Positions 1-10,235 of a DNA stretch of 64,000 bases are shown piece after piece. The translations under genes and the position numbers were made by a program. Origin of the DNA: Nitrospirales bacterium (GTDB taxonomy: Bacteria > Nitrospirota > Nitrospiria > Nitrospirales > UBA8639); the NCBI GenBank assembly GCA_965203295.1, contig CBDBCZ010000019.1, positions 2,656,001 to 2,720,000 on the forward strand. Direction: 5' to 3'. The notes under the pieces are model-generated. The model saw nothing but the letters and a program-made list of their open reading frames with translations. It was not told the origin of the DNA and made no database searches. Every line of letters starts with the position of its first letter. Position 1 is the stretch's first letter.

Positions 1-2
1 AT

Positions 3-1292
3 GACGTCTTTGTCGACGGAGAAGAGGATGAAAAAGGATCGGAAATTCCTCGCCCGCGTCGGCAAACGATTCGACCGATTGAGCACCTGCTAGAGGAAGG
101 GCAGGAATTGTTGGTGCAAATATCCAAGGGCCCGATTGGGACCAAGGGCCCACGCGTGACGGCACACACCTCTTTGCCTGGCCGTTTTCTTGTATTCATG
201 CCGAACATTGATCATATTGGGATTTCGCGGCGAATTAGCAATGAAGAAGAACGTGTCCGTTTAAAAGGCATTATGAAGCAGATTCGGAAACCGGGTTACG
301 GATTTATCGTGAGAACCGTCAGTGAGGGGGTCGCCGAGGAGGATTTGAATTCCGATGTGGAATTTCTGCAAACCTTGTGGCAAGACATTCTCAAAAAGCA
401 GAAACAACTTCCTGCTCCGGCCTTGCTCCATTCTGATCTTTCCTTGACACTCCGAGTGGTCCGGGATCTCTTCACGAAAAAGGTGGACCGCTTATGGATT
501 GATGCCAAAGAAGAATTTGAAGAGGGCAAAGATTTTGTGAAGCGGTATCTTCCTGAACAAACGACGCGCTTGTACCACTATGACAAGGAAGAGGGCCTCT
601 TTGATCATCTTGGCATCGAAATGGAAATCTCACGTGCGTTGGGTCGCAAGGTTTGGTTGAAATCAGGAGGGCACATTGTTATTGACCATGCCGAGGCCAT
701 GACGGTCATCGATGTGAATACAGGACGCTATGTGGGAAAACGAGATCAAGAAGAAACGATTCTGAAAAACAATTTGGAAGCCGCGAAAGAAATCGCCTAT
801 CAGATCAAACTCAGAGGAATTGGGGGAATTATCATCATTGACTTTATTGATATGGAACGAGAGCGGAATCGGGAGAAAGTCTATCATGCGTTGGTCGATG
901 CGATGAGTAATGATAAAGCGAGAACCAAAATATCACGCATTTCAGATTTGGGCTTGATTGAGATATCTCGCGAGAGAGTCCGGGAAGACCTTCTTCGAAC
1001 ATTGTCTGATATTTGTATAGATTGCGAGGGCCGGGGGTATACGAAATCGGGTACCTCGGTCGCTTACGATATTTTTCGGGAGATACGACGGATTGGGCGT
1101 TCGGCAGGACGGCAGACGATTGTGGTGGGAGCTAATCCGAGGATAGTGGAATTACTCCAGGATTTAGAACATGAAAGTATTGAGCAACTTGAACGGGAAT
1201 TTTTCCATCGAATTATTGTCAGGGCTGATCCCCTCCTTCATCTTGAACAGTATGATATTGTCGTGGTAGGTGGAGGGATGCGAGCAGCCTGA
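3..1292 (+). CDS. rng: Rne/Rng family ribonuclease (RNase G-like), 5'-truncated by window edge
   Basis: Motifs KGPRVT, IDVNTG, GGIIIIDFIDM and CxxCxGxG. Frame is open back to position 3. Confidence 0.92.
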   Translation, partial: DVFVDGEEDEKGSEIPRPRRQTIRPIEHLLEEGQELLVQISKGPIGTKGPRVTAHTSLPGRFLVFMPNIDHIGISRRISNEEERVRLKGIMKQIRKPGYGFIVRTVSEGVAEEDLNSDVEFLQTLWQDILKKQKQLPAPALLHSDLSLTLRVVRDLFTKKVDRLWIDAKEEFEEGKDFVKRYLPEQTTRLYHYDKEEGLFDHLGIEMEISRALGRKVWLKSGGHIVIDHAEAMTVIDVNTGRYVGKRDQEETILKNNLEAAKEIAYQIKLRGIGGIIIIDFIDMERERNREKVYHALVDAMSNDKARTKISRISDLGLIEISRERVREDLLRTLSDICIDCEGRGYTKSGTSVAYDIFREIRRIGRSAGRQTIVVGANPRIVELLQDLEHESIEQLEREFFHRIIVRADPLLHLEQYDIVVVGGGMRAA

Positions 1293-2448
1293 GGAGGACC
1301 AATTTAACTTCCCCCCAATCAACAATGTATTGAAGGCCTGGCTGACTTTACGAACAATTCGAGGCCTCAATGATGCGAGAGTATGCCATTTAGTGCGCAT
1401 CTTTGGCTCTCCTGAAAAGGTCTGCACATCATCTATCTCGATGTTAATGAAACAAGGTGGAATGAGTGAATCACTGGCTCAGGCGATCATCACTGGACCT
1501 GATTCAGCGACTCGATCTCACATTGAAAAGGAGGTTGATCTGGTGCATCAAGGCAAGTGGTCGTTTGTCAATGTACTGGACGAAACCTATCCCAGTCGGT
1601 TAAAAATGATAGCAGATCCCTCTCCATTGCTCTATATGACGGGGACAACTCACGAGGATGATCAAAATGCCATTGCGATCGTCGGGGCTCGAAAAGCTTC
1701 ACCCCAAGGACTCACCTTCACAGAGGAACTCAGTCGCAACCTTGCTTCCTTGAGATTAACCATCGTCAGTGGGTTGGCAAGGGGCGTTGATGCCGCTGCC
1801 CACCGAGGGGCTTTACGAGGTGGTGGTCGAACGCTTGCGGTGTTAAGGTGTGGAATTGATCGCACATATCCCCCGGAGCATCGATCGTTGAGAGAAGAAA
1901 TCGAGAACAGAAGAGCGGTCCTTTCTGAATTTCCAGTTGGAACGCCTCCAAGGGGTTACCATTTTCCTAAAAGGAAGCGACTGATAACTGGGTTGCGTCT
2001 TGGCGTGGTCGTCACTGAAGCCGCGATTAAGAGTGGCTCCTTAATTATAGCCAGGTTTGCTTTGGAGCAAAACCGTGAGGTGTTTGCGGTTCCAGGGTCT
2101 GTCAAAGGGAATAAGCATAGTGGCCCCCATGGTCTGATCAAACAAGGAGCGAAATTAGTCGAGGATCACCACGATATTCTTGAGGAACTCTTGCCACAGT
2201 TAGACCACACATTTCGTGAGCGAGTCACATGCCCTGGCCCTCAGCAAGCTCCTGCACCCAAAACCTTGGGACCCGAGGAACAGGCCGTGTTTCAGTTGTT
2301 CTCGGATGAACCACTGTCTGTGGATGAGCTTATGGCTCAAGCCCGGTTTCTACCTACCGAGGTTATGAGTATCTTGCTGTCTTTGGAATTGAAGGGCATC
2401 ATTCTCCAATTGCCGGGTTCCCAGTATATTCGAGTATCGACGACCTAA
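1270..2448 (+). CDS. dprA: DNA-protecting protein DprA (several conserved motifs degenerate; start uncertain)
   Basis: IAIVGAR, IVSGLARGVDAAAH, SGSLI, REVFAVPG and a C-terminal winged helix. Typical position upstream of topA. Confidence 0.9.
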   Translation: MEGCEQPEEDQFNFPPINNVLKAWLTLRTIRGLNDARVCHLVRIFGSPEKVCTSSISMLMKQGGMSESLAQAIITGPDSATRSHIEKEVDLVHQGKWSFVNVLDETYPSRLKMIADPSPLLYMTGTTHEDDQNAIAIVGARKASPQGLTFTEELSRNLASLRLTIVSGLARGVDAAAHRGALRGGGRTLAVLRCGIDRTYPPEHRSLREEIENRRAVLSEFPVGTPPRGYHFPKRKRLITGLRLGVVVTEAAIKSGSLIIARFALEQNREVFAVPGSVKGNKHSGPHGLIKQGAKLVEDHHDILEELLPQLDHTFRERVTCPGPQQAPAPKTLGPEEQAVFQLFSDEPLSVDELMAQARFLPTEVMSILLSLELKGIILQLPGSQYIRVSTT

Positions 2449-2506
2449 ACGATTCACGAAGGGATGAATGTCCGGATATGGGAACAAGGAGAAAATATTA
2501 GCAAAA

Positions 2507-4798
2507 ATGGCTAAGTCACTGATCATCGTTGAGTCTCCCGCGAAAGCGAGGACGATTACCAAGTATCTCGGCCGTGGGTATCAAGTGTTGGCCTCGGTTG
2601 GGCACGTGAAAGATTTGCCAAAAAGTAAACTAGGCATCGATGTGGATCACGACTTCAATCCGCAGTACATCGTGATTCGAGGCAAAAGCAAAGTTCTCAA
2701 CGAGATTAAAACTCAGGCAAAAAAAGCAGAAAAAGTGTTTTTAGCTCCCGATCCCGATCGAGAAGGGGAAGCGATTGCCTGGCACATTGCTGAGGAATTG
2801 AACGGAAAAAAGCCACAAGTCTACCGGGTCTTGTTCAACGAAATTACTCAAAGTGCCATCAAACGAGCTTTGCAAGCCCCCAGTTCGATCGATATAAATA
2901 AGGTGAATGCGCAGCAAGCTCGGCGAGTCTTAGACCGTCTTGTTGGCTATATGTTGAGCCCATTGCTTTGGAAGAAAGTCCGTCGTGGGTTAAGTGCGGG
3001 TAGAGTGCAATCGGTGGCTGTTCGGGTGATTTGTGATCGGGAATTTGACAGAGAGCGCTTTCAACCGGTTGAATATTGGACGATCACCGCCACATTCCAA
3101 GGCCACAATCCGCCACCCTTTGAGGCAAGACTTCAGGACTATAGGGGAAAACCCATTGAGATTGCTTCTGAAGGTGACGCCAACCGCATTCTTCAGGCTT
3201 TGGCAGGTGCAGAATTCAGGATTTCCACAATCGAAAAAAGTGAGAAGCGTCGGAATCCTCCACCCCCATTTATTACAAGCCGGTTGCAACAAGAGGCAGT
3301 TAGAAAGCTGCGGTTTTCTGCGAAGCAAACGATGATGCTGGCCCAAAAATTGTACGAGGGTTTGGAGATCGGTCAGGAAGGACCCGTGGGTCTTATTACG
3401 TATATGCGGACGGATTCGACGCAAATCTCAAGTGAGGCGCAAGCTGAGGCAACGGAACTCATTAGGGATCGGTTTGGTGAACAATATCTCCCTTCGACCC
3501 CGAATGTGTACAAAACAGCCAAGGCGGCTCAGGAGGCCCATGAGGCCATTCGACCGACCTCGGTCCACCGAGATCCTGAAAACGTGCGATCGTTTCTCGA
3601 TCAAGATCTGTATCGATTATATAAACTCATTTGGACTCGATTCATGGCATCCCAAATGAGTCGAGGAGTGGACGAAGCGACCAAGGTCGATATTGAGTCA
3701 AGCGGCTATACGTTTCGCGCGACAGGCACGATCGAAAAATTTGATGGGTACCGTCGAGTGTATGTGGAAGGGAAAGATCTTGCAGCAGGAGATGCTTCTC
3801 AAGAAGAATCTTCTCAAGCGACTGAAGAAGACCGACGACTGCCCGACTTAACCCAAGACGAACGCCTTCGTCTGATAGAAAAAGATGAGCAGGAATTGCA
3901 GCCCAAACAACATTTCACTCAACCCCCACCTCGATACAATGAGGCTCTCTTGATTCGGGAATTAGAAGAGAAGGGCATTGGACGACCGTCTACCTATGCC
4001 ACGATTATTTCAACGATCCAAGACCGGCGTTACGTTGAGAAAGAAGAAAAACGATTTAAACCAACCGAACTCGGCCGAATCGTGAATGATCGATTGGTCC
4101 AGTATTTCCCTCAGGTCTTTAACGTCGCGTTCACGGCCGAAATGGAATCTCAGCTTGATCAGATCGAAGAAGGTGGAAAGAACTGGGTCGACACCGTGAA
4201 GGAATTTTATGCCCCCTTTGTGAAGGACCTGGGTGAAGCTGATGATAAAATGGAAGGCCTGAAGGGGAAAGAAGAACCCACGGACATTGTCTGCGATAAA
4301 TGTGGGCAAAACATGGTGATCAAGTGGGGGCGACATGGTCATTTCTTAGCATGTCCTGGATATCCTACATGTAAGAATACCAAGCAATTCAACAAAACTG
4401 AGGCTGGGACGATCGAAGTCGTAGAAAAAGAGGAGCAGACCACCGACGAAAAATGTGAAAAGTGTGGGAGTCAGATGGTGGTCAAAACCGGTCGGTTCGG
4501 GACGTTTCTGGCTTGCTCTAATTACCCAAAATGCAAAACCACAAAACCGTTGGGCTTGGGGATTAAATGTCCAACGGAGGAGTGTTTTGGAGATTTGGTT
4601 CAGAAGCGATCGAGAAAAGGAAGGCTGTTTTACTCCTGTAGCAGATATCCCAAGTGTACGTTTGCCATGTGGAATCGACCCATCAACCGAGCGTGCCCGA
4701 GTTGCCATGCTCCGTTTTTAGTAAAGAAGTCCAGTAAAAAGACCGGTGTCGTGGTTCAATGCCATAACGAATCCTGTGATTATCAGGAAACAAGTTAA
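2507..4798 (+). CDS. topA: DNA topoisomerase I
   Basis: IVESPAKA TOPRIM start, DPDREGEAI, ITYMRTDS, GIGRPSTYA and C-terminal zinc ribbons. Start placed at MAKS. Confidence 0.97.
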   Translation: MAKSLIIVESPAKARTITKYLGRGYQVLASVGHVKDLPKSKLGIDVDHDFNPQYIVIRGKSKVLNEIKTQAKKAEKVFLAPDPDREGEAIAWHIAEELNGKKPQVYRVLFNEITQSAIKRALQAPSSIDINKVNAQQARRVLDRLVGYMLSPLLWKKVRRGLSAGRVQSVAVRVICDREFDRERFQPVEYWTITATFQGHNPPPFEARLQDYRGKPIEIASEGDANRILQALAGAEFRISTIEKSEKRRNPPPPFITSRLQQEAVRKLRFSAKQTMMLAQKLYEGLEIGQEGPVGLITYMRTDSTQISSEAQAEATELIRDRFGEQYLPSTPNVYKTAKAAQEAHEAIRPTSVHRDPENVRSFLDQDLYRLYKLIWTRFMASQMSRGVDEATKVDIESSGYTFRATGTIEKFDGYRRVYVEGKDLAAGDASQEESSQATEEDRRLPDLTQDERLRLIEKDEQELQPKQHFTQPPPRYNEALLIRELEEKGIGRPSTYATIISTIQDRRYVEKEEKRFKPTELGRIVNDRLVQYFPQVFNVAFTAEMESQLDQIEEGGKNWVDTVKEFYAPFVKDLGEADDKMEGLKGKEEPTDIVCDKCGQNMVIKWGRHGHFLACPGYPTCKNTKQFNKTEAGTIEVVEKEEQTTDEKCEKCGSQMVVKTGRFGTFLACSNYPKCKTTKPLGLGIKCPTEECFGDLVQKRSRKGRLFYSCSRYPKCTFAMWNRPINRACPSCHAPFLVKKSSKKTGVVVQCHNESCDYQETS

Positions 4799-4807
4799 TC
4801 GGTCCAG

Positions 4808-6067
4808 TCAAGACCCTACCGCCGGTTTCATCCCCTTATTTTGCTCAAAAATCTTAATGGCTTCACTCTTTCCCAGGATCACTTCTTCCGTGATGACGAC
4901 CTCTTTCATATCAGGTTGAGACGGAACCTCGTACATCACATCCAGCATCACGTCTTCTAAAATGGCCCGGAGACCACGAGCCCCAGTCTTTTGGGAGAAG
5001 GCCTTTTGGGCTATCGCACTCAAAGCTCCTTCTGTGAATTTCAATTTGACTTTATCCAAAGATAAAAGCCTTTGGTATTGTTTAGTCAGTGCATTTCTGG
5101 GTTCAGTTAAGATACGAACCAGCGCGGATTGATCCAGTTCCTCTAGAGTCGTGACCACAGGCAACCGTCCGATAAACTCAGGAATTAATCCATATTGCAA
5201 CAGGTCTTCGGGCTGGACGTAGGGAAGCAGAGATATCCGCGCCATGTGACTTGCGGTCTCTTCTTCTGCTCGGAATCCCATTCGTTTCTTATTGAGTCGA
5301 CGTTCGATGATAGGTTCTAATCCAACAAACGCTCCCCCACAAATCACCAAGATATTCTTCGTGTCAACCTGAATGAATTCTTGGTGAGGATGCTTTCGAC
5401 CACCTTGAGGTGGAACATTGGCCACGGTGCCTTCGATTAATTTCAGCAAGGCCTGTTGAACGCCTTCGCCTGATACATCTCTTGTAATAGAGGGACTGTC
5501 CGCTTTGCGAGTAATCTTGTCAATCTCGTCAATGTAGATAATCCCACGTTCTGCCCGCTCCACTTCATAGTCCGCTGCCTGAAGTAACTTTAAGATAATG
5601 TTTTCAACATCCTCACCCACATACCCGGCTTCGGTGAGGGTCGTCGCATCGGCCAGGGTAAAAGGCACATCTAAGTAATTGGCCAAGGTTTGGGCCATGA
5701 GGGTTTTCCCTGTGCCGGTTGACCCAATCATGAGGATGTTCCCTTTTTGCAGTTCGACGTCACCGGCATCATTGGCTGCAATTCGTTTATAGTGGTTATG
5801 AACGGCAACCGAGAGGATTCTCTTGGCCCGCTCCTGTCCGATAATATATTGATCTAAATGTCGATTAATTTCAGCAGGTTTCCGAAGTTTGGAAGAGATT
5901 TCCTCTTTCGCCTCTTGCCATTCCTCAGCCATAATCTCATTGCAAAGACCGACGCATTCGTCACAGATATAGACTGTGGGGCCGGCAATGAGCTTACGAA
6001 CCTGATCCCGACTTTTCCCGCAGAATGAGCATCGTAGATTACTATTCGTTTTGACCTGCTTGGCCAT
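4808..6067 (-). CDS. clpX: ATP-dependent Clp protease ATPase subunit ClpX
   Basis: CSFCGK zinc finger, Walker [30 protein letters not shown]. Confidence 0.97.
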   Translation of the reverse strand: MAKQVKTNSNLRCSFCGKSRDQVRKLIAGPTVYICDECVGLCNEIMAEEWQEAKEEISSKLRKPAEINRHLDQYIIGQERAKRILSVAVHNHYKRIAANDAGDVELQKGNILMIGSTGTGKTLMAQTLANYLDVPFTLADATTLTEAGYVGEDVENIILKLLQAADYEVERAERGIIYIDEIDKITRKADSPSITRDVSGEGVQQALLKLIEGTVANVPPQGGRKHPHQEFIQVDTKNILVICGGAFVGLEPIIERRLNKKRMGFRAEEETASHMARISLLPYVQPEDLLQYGLIPEFIGRLPVVTTLEELDQSALVRILTEPRNALTKQYQRLLSLDKVKLKFTEGALSAIAQKAFSQKTGARGLRAILEDVMLDVMYEVPSQPDMKEVVITEEVILGKSEAIKIFEQNKGMKPAVGS

Positions 6068-6081
6068 AAACCCTCCTGAAG

Positions 6082-6714
6082 TTACTCACCCTTGCCTTGT
6101 GCTGAGGTCGTAGAAGAAGCCTCTGACTTTTTCTCAGGGACACGAGTAATGACCTCATCAATCAATCCGTACGCTTTCGCTTCTTCTGCTGACATAAAAT
6201 AATCGCGCTCAGTGTCTTCGGCGATTTTTTCCAATGGCTGCCCGGTTTGTGTGGCCAGAATGTCATTCAGTCGTTCCCGAATTTTCAAAATTTCGCGAGC
6301 GTGAATATCAATCTCGGTTGCCTGTCCTTGGAACCCTCCCATCGGCTGATGGATCATGACTCGAGCGTTCGGAAGCGCAAATCGTTTCCCCTTGGTCCCC
6401 GCGCTCAGTAACAAAGCCCCCATACTGGCTGCTTGGCCTAAACAGATTGTGGTAATAGGGGGCTTCACATATTGCATTGTATCATAAATTCCAAGGCCAG
6501 CCGTCACACTCCCGCCCGGAGAGTTGACGTACAAGTTAATATCTTTCTCAGAATCCTCTGCCTCTAAGAACAACAACTGGGCGATGATCAAGTTGGAAAA
6601 CACATCATCAACGGGGGCTCCCAGGAAGATAATACGATCCTTCAGAAGCCGGGAATAAATGTCATAAGCCCGTTCTCCCCGAGTGGTTGTTTCAATCACC
6701 ATGGGTACTAGCAT
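6082..6714 (-). CDS. clpP: Clp protease proteolytic subunit
   Basis: DIYSRLL, NSPGG, AASMGA, MIHQP. Confidence 0.98.
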   Translation of the reverse strand: MLVPMVIETTTRGERAYDIYSRLLKDRIIFLGAPVDDVFSNLIIAQLLFLEAEDSEKDINLYVNSPGGSVTAGLGIYDTMQYVKPPITTICLGQAASMGALLLSAGTKGKRFALPNARVMIHQPMGGFQGQATEIDIHAREILKIRERLNDILATQTGQPLEKIAEDTERDYFMSAEEAKAYGLIDEVITRVPEKKSEASSTTSAQGKGE

Positions 6715-6830
6715 AATCCCGTTTACCCTTTCTCTATGTAGCCGTTCTCCCTACCGAAACCCTTATGCTGATCGAGAGAGAAGGTCGTTTTGTTGAAAGT
6801 CCAACACACAATCGCTGTCGCGGTATCACT

Positions 6831-8156
6831 CTATCCTTGTATGACTGCGAATTGATAAACCAGTTGCAAGGCCTTGTCAGCTCGGATACGATCCCGAAAC
6901 TCCTCTTGTGAGCCTTCGCCTCCCGCTTCTACCATCTTTCGGATGTCCTCCATCGGAAGTTTAAGTCCACGAGCGAGTCTCATGACTTCGTCTTGAATAT
7001 CTTGCTCCTCTACCGTAATGCCTTCTTTGTCCGCGATCGCCTCCAAAATCAACGAGAGCTTGACACGGCGCTGAGTATCTTGAAGCATTTCCTGTTGGAG
7101 CCGTTTGGCCTCTTCTTCCAAATGGATCTGGTCTTCAACCGAAAAAGATCGATTCTTTTTCTGTTGATCTTCGATTAAACGTTGCCGAACCGTAACTCGG
7201 ACCTCTCGGTCTATCAAAGCCTGGGGCAGGTCAAAATGGTGCATTTGGAGAAGGCGCTCCATGATGGCATCTTTGTGAGTATTCTCAATGTCCTTTTTGA
7301 GAACTTCCTCTAATTGAGAACGCACGCTTTCTTCCAATTCGGTAAGAGACTCATACGGACCGCAATCCTTGGCAAATTCGTCGTCAAGAGTCGGAAGAGT
7401 TTTTTGTTTGATCCCCTGAATCGTCAGAGTAAATTGGACCGTTTTCCCTGCCAATCGATCATCGGGGTGAGCATCAGGATAGACCTGGGACATTTCCACC
7501 TGCTCCCCTTCCTTTTTCCCCCTGATCACATCGTCAATATCTAACCCTAAAACCAGTTCTTTGCTCCCGACTTTATGAAGGTGGCCTTCCTTTTTTGCGC
7601 CATCGACGGAGGTCCCATCCAGGAACCCCTCGACCGTGACCACGGCATACAGATCATCCGCCAAAGGCGTGTCTGTTGGGGCAGCCTCCAACCGGGCATG
7701 CTGTTCGCGTACGGATTCAATGCTTTGCTGAACTTGTTCATCTGTAATAGAACGAGGATCCGGCTTCAGAGCAATGGGATTGGGAGGCCGATAATCTCGG
7801 ATCTCGATGACAGGTTTTATTTCGACTGTGGCTGTAAACGTAAAGGTCGTATTTCTTTGTGCCTTAATGCGTTCCAGGGGGGGAATGTCGACTAAGACTG
7901 GTGTGACTCCAGCCTCCTTAATGGCTCGTTGGTAATAATCGGGAACCAACCGTTGAACCACGTCTTGCTCCACCGCTTTGGCATACCGTTTTTCGAGCAT
8001 CGCAAGAGGGGCTTTACCCGGTCTGAATCCTGGGATTCGAACTTGACGTTTAAGGTCGGCATAGACCCGGTCAAACTCCTTATTGACAGCATCTTCTGGT
8101 ACCTCAATCTTAATAGCCCGTTTGCTGGGGCCTAGTTCGGTCATTTCCAATTTCAT
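6831..8156 (-). CDS. tig: Trigger factor
   Basis: IPGFRPGKAP ribosome-binding motif, LDDEFAK, tig-clpP-clpX synteny. Confidence 0.95.
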   Translation of the reverse strand: MKLEMTELGPSKRAIKIEVPEDAVNKEFDRVYADLKRQVRIPGFRPGKAPLAMLEKRYAKAVEQDVVQRLVPDYYQRAIKEAGVTPVLVDIPPLERIKAQRNTTFTFTATVEIKPVIEIRDYRPPNPIALKPDPRSITDEQVQQSIESVREQHARLEAAPTDTPLADDLYAVVTVEGFLDGTSVDGAKKEGHLHKVGSKELVLGLDIDDVIRGKKEGEQVEMSQVYPDAHPDDRLAGKTVQFTLTIQGIKQKTLPTLDDEFAKDCGPYESLTELEESVRSQLEEVLKKDIENTHKDAIMERLLQMHHFDLPQALIDREVRVTVRQRLIEDQQKKNRSFSVEDQIHLEEEAKRLQQEMLQDTQRRVKLSLILEAIADKEGITVEEQDIQDEVMRLARGLKLPMEDIRKMVEAGGEGSQEEFRDRIRADKALQLVYQFAVIQG

Positions 8157-8216
8157 AAATCAGGGCATCCTTATTATGGGAGTCTTATGGACGGAGTTGG
8201 GTTGATGGGCAGAAAT

Positions 8217-8299
8217 TGGTGCGAGAGGGGGGACTTGAACCCCCACGGTCTCCCACGAGATCCTAAGTCTCGCGCGTCTGCCAGTTCCGCCACTCTCGC
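8217..8299 (-). tRNA. tRNA-Leu (anticodon TAG)
   Basis: Reverse complement reads GCGAGAG...CGAGA-CTTAGGA-TCTCG...GTTCAAG...CTCTCGCACCA, with a long variable arm and CCA end. Confidence 0.95.
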
Positions 8300-8544
8300 A
8301 GGTTGTCCATTATGGGTATGTGAGAAAAAACCTCCCGCTTCCCAGACGCAAGGGATGATCGATTTGAATCACGGATGAAAATGCTATCGCTCTCAAGACG
8401 TGCTTACCAACCTTTTTACAGGTGACAATGGGGTACTGTCAACGACAACTTCTTGCGTAAAGTCCTAGGGAAATCTCCTCATTCGTGAGAAAGCGCAACC
8501 GCGACAAAACAGCCTCAACACGAAGGTGGGGTCAAGGATGAGCA

Positions 8545-8868
8545 GTGTGGCAACGCATCAAGATTCTGTCTTGCCAGAGAAGGGATGTGTGGGCTATGGT
8601 GAACCTTATGGGCCTCAAAAAATTATACGTAGATATATACAAACAGTTTATTGAGAAATATCAGGCTGCTAAAGGCTTTGACTTTCAACAGTTACCTTGG
8701 GAAAGCACAGCACCCAAATCTGTCACCTTTAAAAAAGAACTCAAATGGTGGACCCTGAACCGCCCCCAACGACTCAAAGCCATTTCCCGGGAACGCGACC
8801 GCCAGCAACAAGAGATTATTGATCTAAAGAACCGACCACAGTCCTCCGCCGACACGACTCAAAGCTGA
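8545..8868 (+). CDS. Hypothetical protein or gene fragment
   Basis: 107-aa ORF in otherwise intergenic space; no recognisable motif. Confidence 0.35.
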   Translation: MWQRIKILSCQRRDVWAMVNLMGLKKLYVDIYKQFIEKYQAAKGFDFQQLPWESTAPKSVTFKKELKWWTLNRPQRLKAISRERDRQQQEIIDLKNRPQSSADTTQS

Positions 8869-8890
8869 ATGTTCGACTCATTGACGTAGA

Positions 8891-9700
8891 ATGGAAACGG
8901 TACGGGTTACCCTCCGGCTGTATCTTCGCGCCCTAGAGAAAGCTGTTCGTTCGTTCAAACAATGTTGGATAACGACCATCGCCGTGGTCCTATTTGCAGT
9001 TGCGATGAGTTTGGTGATGACGGTAGCCGTTTCCTTAGGACTATTGGGAGGTGTCCTCCTCGGCGGGGCCAACGCGTTCGTGGTCGGATGGACTCTTGGA
9101 TTGATAGAGCAGGGGGTTCTGGGATCCCGAGGTTTGGGGTGGAAGGATGTCTGGAGAAGCGCCGGCCACTATTTTTGGGATGTCATCAGCATTGGTTTCA
9201 TCGTATGGGTACCGTTGCAGATCTTAGAAATGGGCATCAAGGCCAACCCCTATGGGCCGGCCATTGTGTCAACAACATTTCTTTTGCTGTTCATTCTGCT
9301 CAACCCGGTTCCAGAGCTGATTTACCAAGGCCGACATGGCTCTCCCTTAGAGGTGATAAAGGAAAGTTATGACTTTATCATCGAAAACTGGATCGAGTGG
9401 TTTCTTCCATTGGTTGTGGTCTTGGCCCCTTTGGGATTGACGTTTTTCTTTTCGCTCACGAGTCAAGGAGGCCGACTGGTTGGCTTGGATTTTTTTCAAG
9501 TGCTGCACATGCCTTTTGCTATTCTCACCAGTTGGTTTCACTATGTGGGAGTCCCTCCATTGGTGTCCTCTCTTCTTGTACTCATCCTCACGCCAATGGC
9601 CACGGTATTTGTCCTTTTTTTCAGGGGGCACCTTTTTTCGGATTTGCATGGTTCTTCCAGGCGACAACGCATGTTTCAAGCTGGTGCCAGTGGTGGGTAA
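8891..9700 (+). CDS. Hypothetical integral membrane protein
   Basis: 269 aa with about 6 hydrophobic segments. Confidence 0.75.
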   Translation: METVRVTLRLYLRALEKAVRSFKQCWITTIAVVLFAVAMSLVMTVAVSLGLLGGVLLGGANAFVVGWTLGLIEQGVLGSRGLGWKDVWRSAGHYFWDVISIGFIVWVPLQILEMGIKANPYGPAIVSTTFLLLFILLNPVPELIYQGRHGSPLEVIKESYDFIIENWIEWFLPLVVVLAPLGLTFFFSLTSQGGRLVGLDFFQVLHMPFAILTSWFHYVGVPPLVSSLLVLILTPMATVFVLFFRGHLFSDLHGSSRRQRMFQAGASGG

Positions 9701-9906
9701 TCTTGTGAAGATGGATCTCAGGATCGTAAAAAGCCAGCAAACATGTCCCCTCTGCTTGTGGCCCCGCCAGGTGCATGATAAGATGGCCACTGTTCTTCAA
9801 CTTGTGGAAGACTTCCTAAACGCAAGGCATCGAGAACTCTCATCCATGGCCTCTTTAATAGAATGGGTTGGTAAGAACATATCCTCAAAACTGAAAACGG
9901 CGTTAC

Positions 9907-9996
<90 letters not shown>

Positions 9997-10048
9997 TCTC
10001 GATAGAGATACCTGAGTCAGGAGTTAGACTTTTCATAAAATGTGAGCT

Positions 10049-10151
10049 TGGGGCTGGGCCCTGTGCAACAGAATCCTGCGAACCCCGCCAGATCCGGAAG
10101 GAAGCAACGGTAAGTAGGCTCGCCTGGGTGCCGCAGGATCACCTGGCCCCA
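10049..10151 (+). ncRNA. ffs: Small SRP RNA (4.5S)
   Basis: CAGATCCGGAAGGAAGCAACGG helix-8 core, terminal stem TGGGGC...GCCCCA, and typical position before dnaX. Confidence 0.9.
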
Positions 10152-10235
10152 CTTTAGTTAGATGACAACAGGATTGAGAAAGGACCCTCGTGAGGGGAAC
10201 GGGATCTGCGATTCTCGACTCTTCTCTCAAATTGG

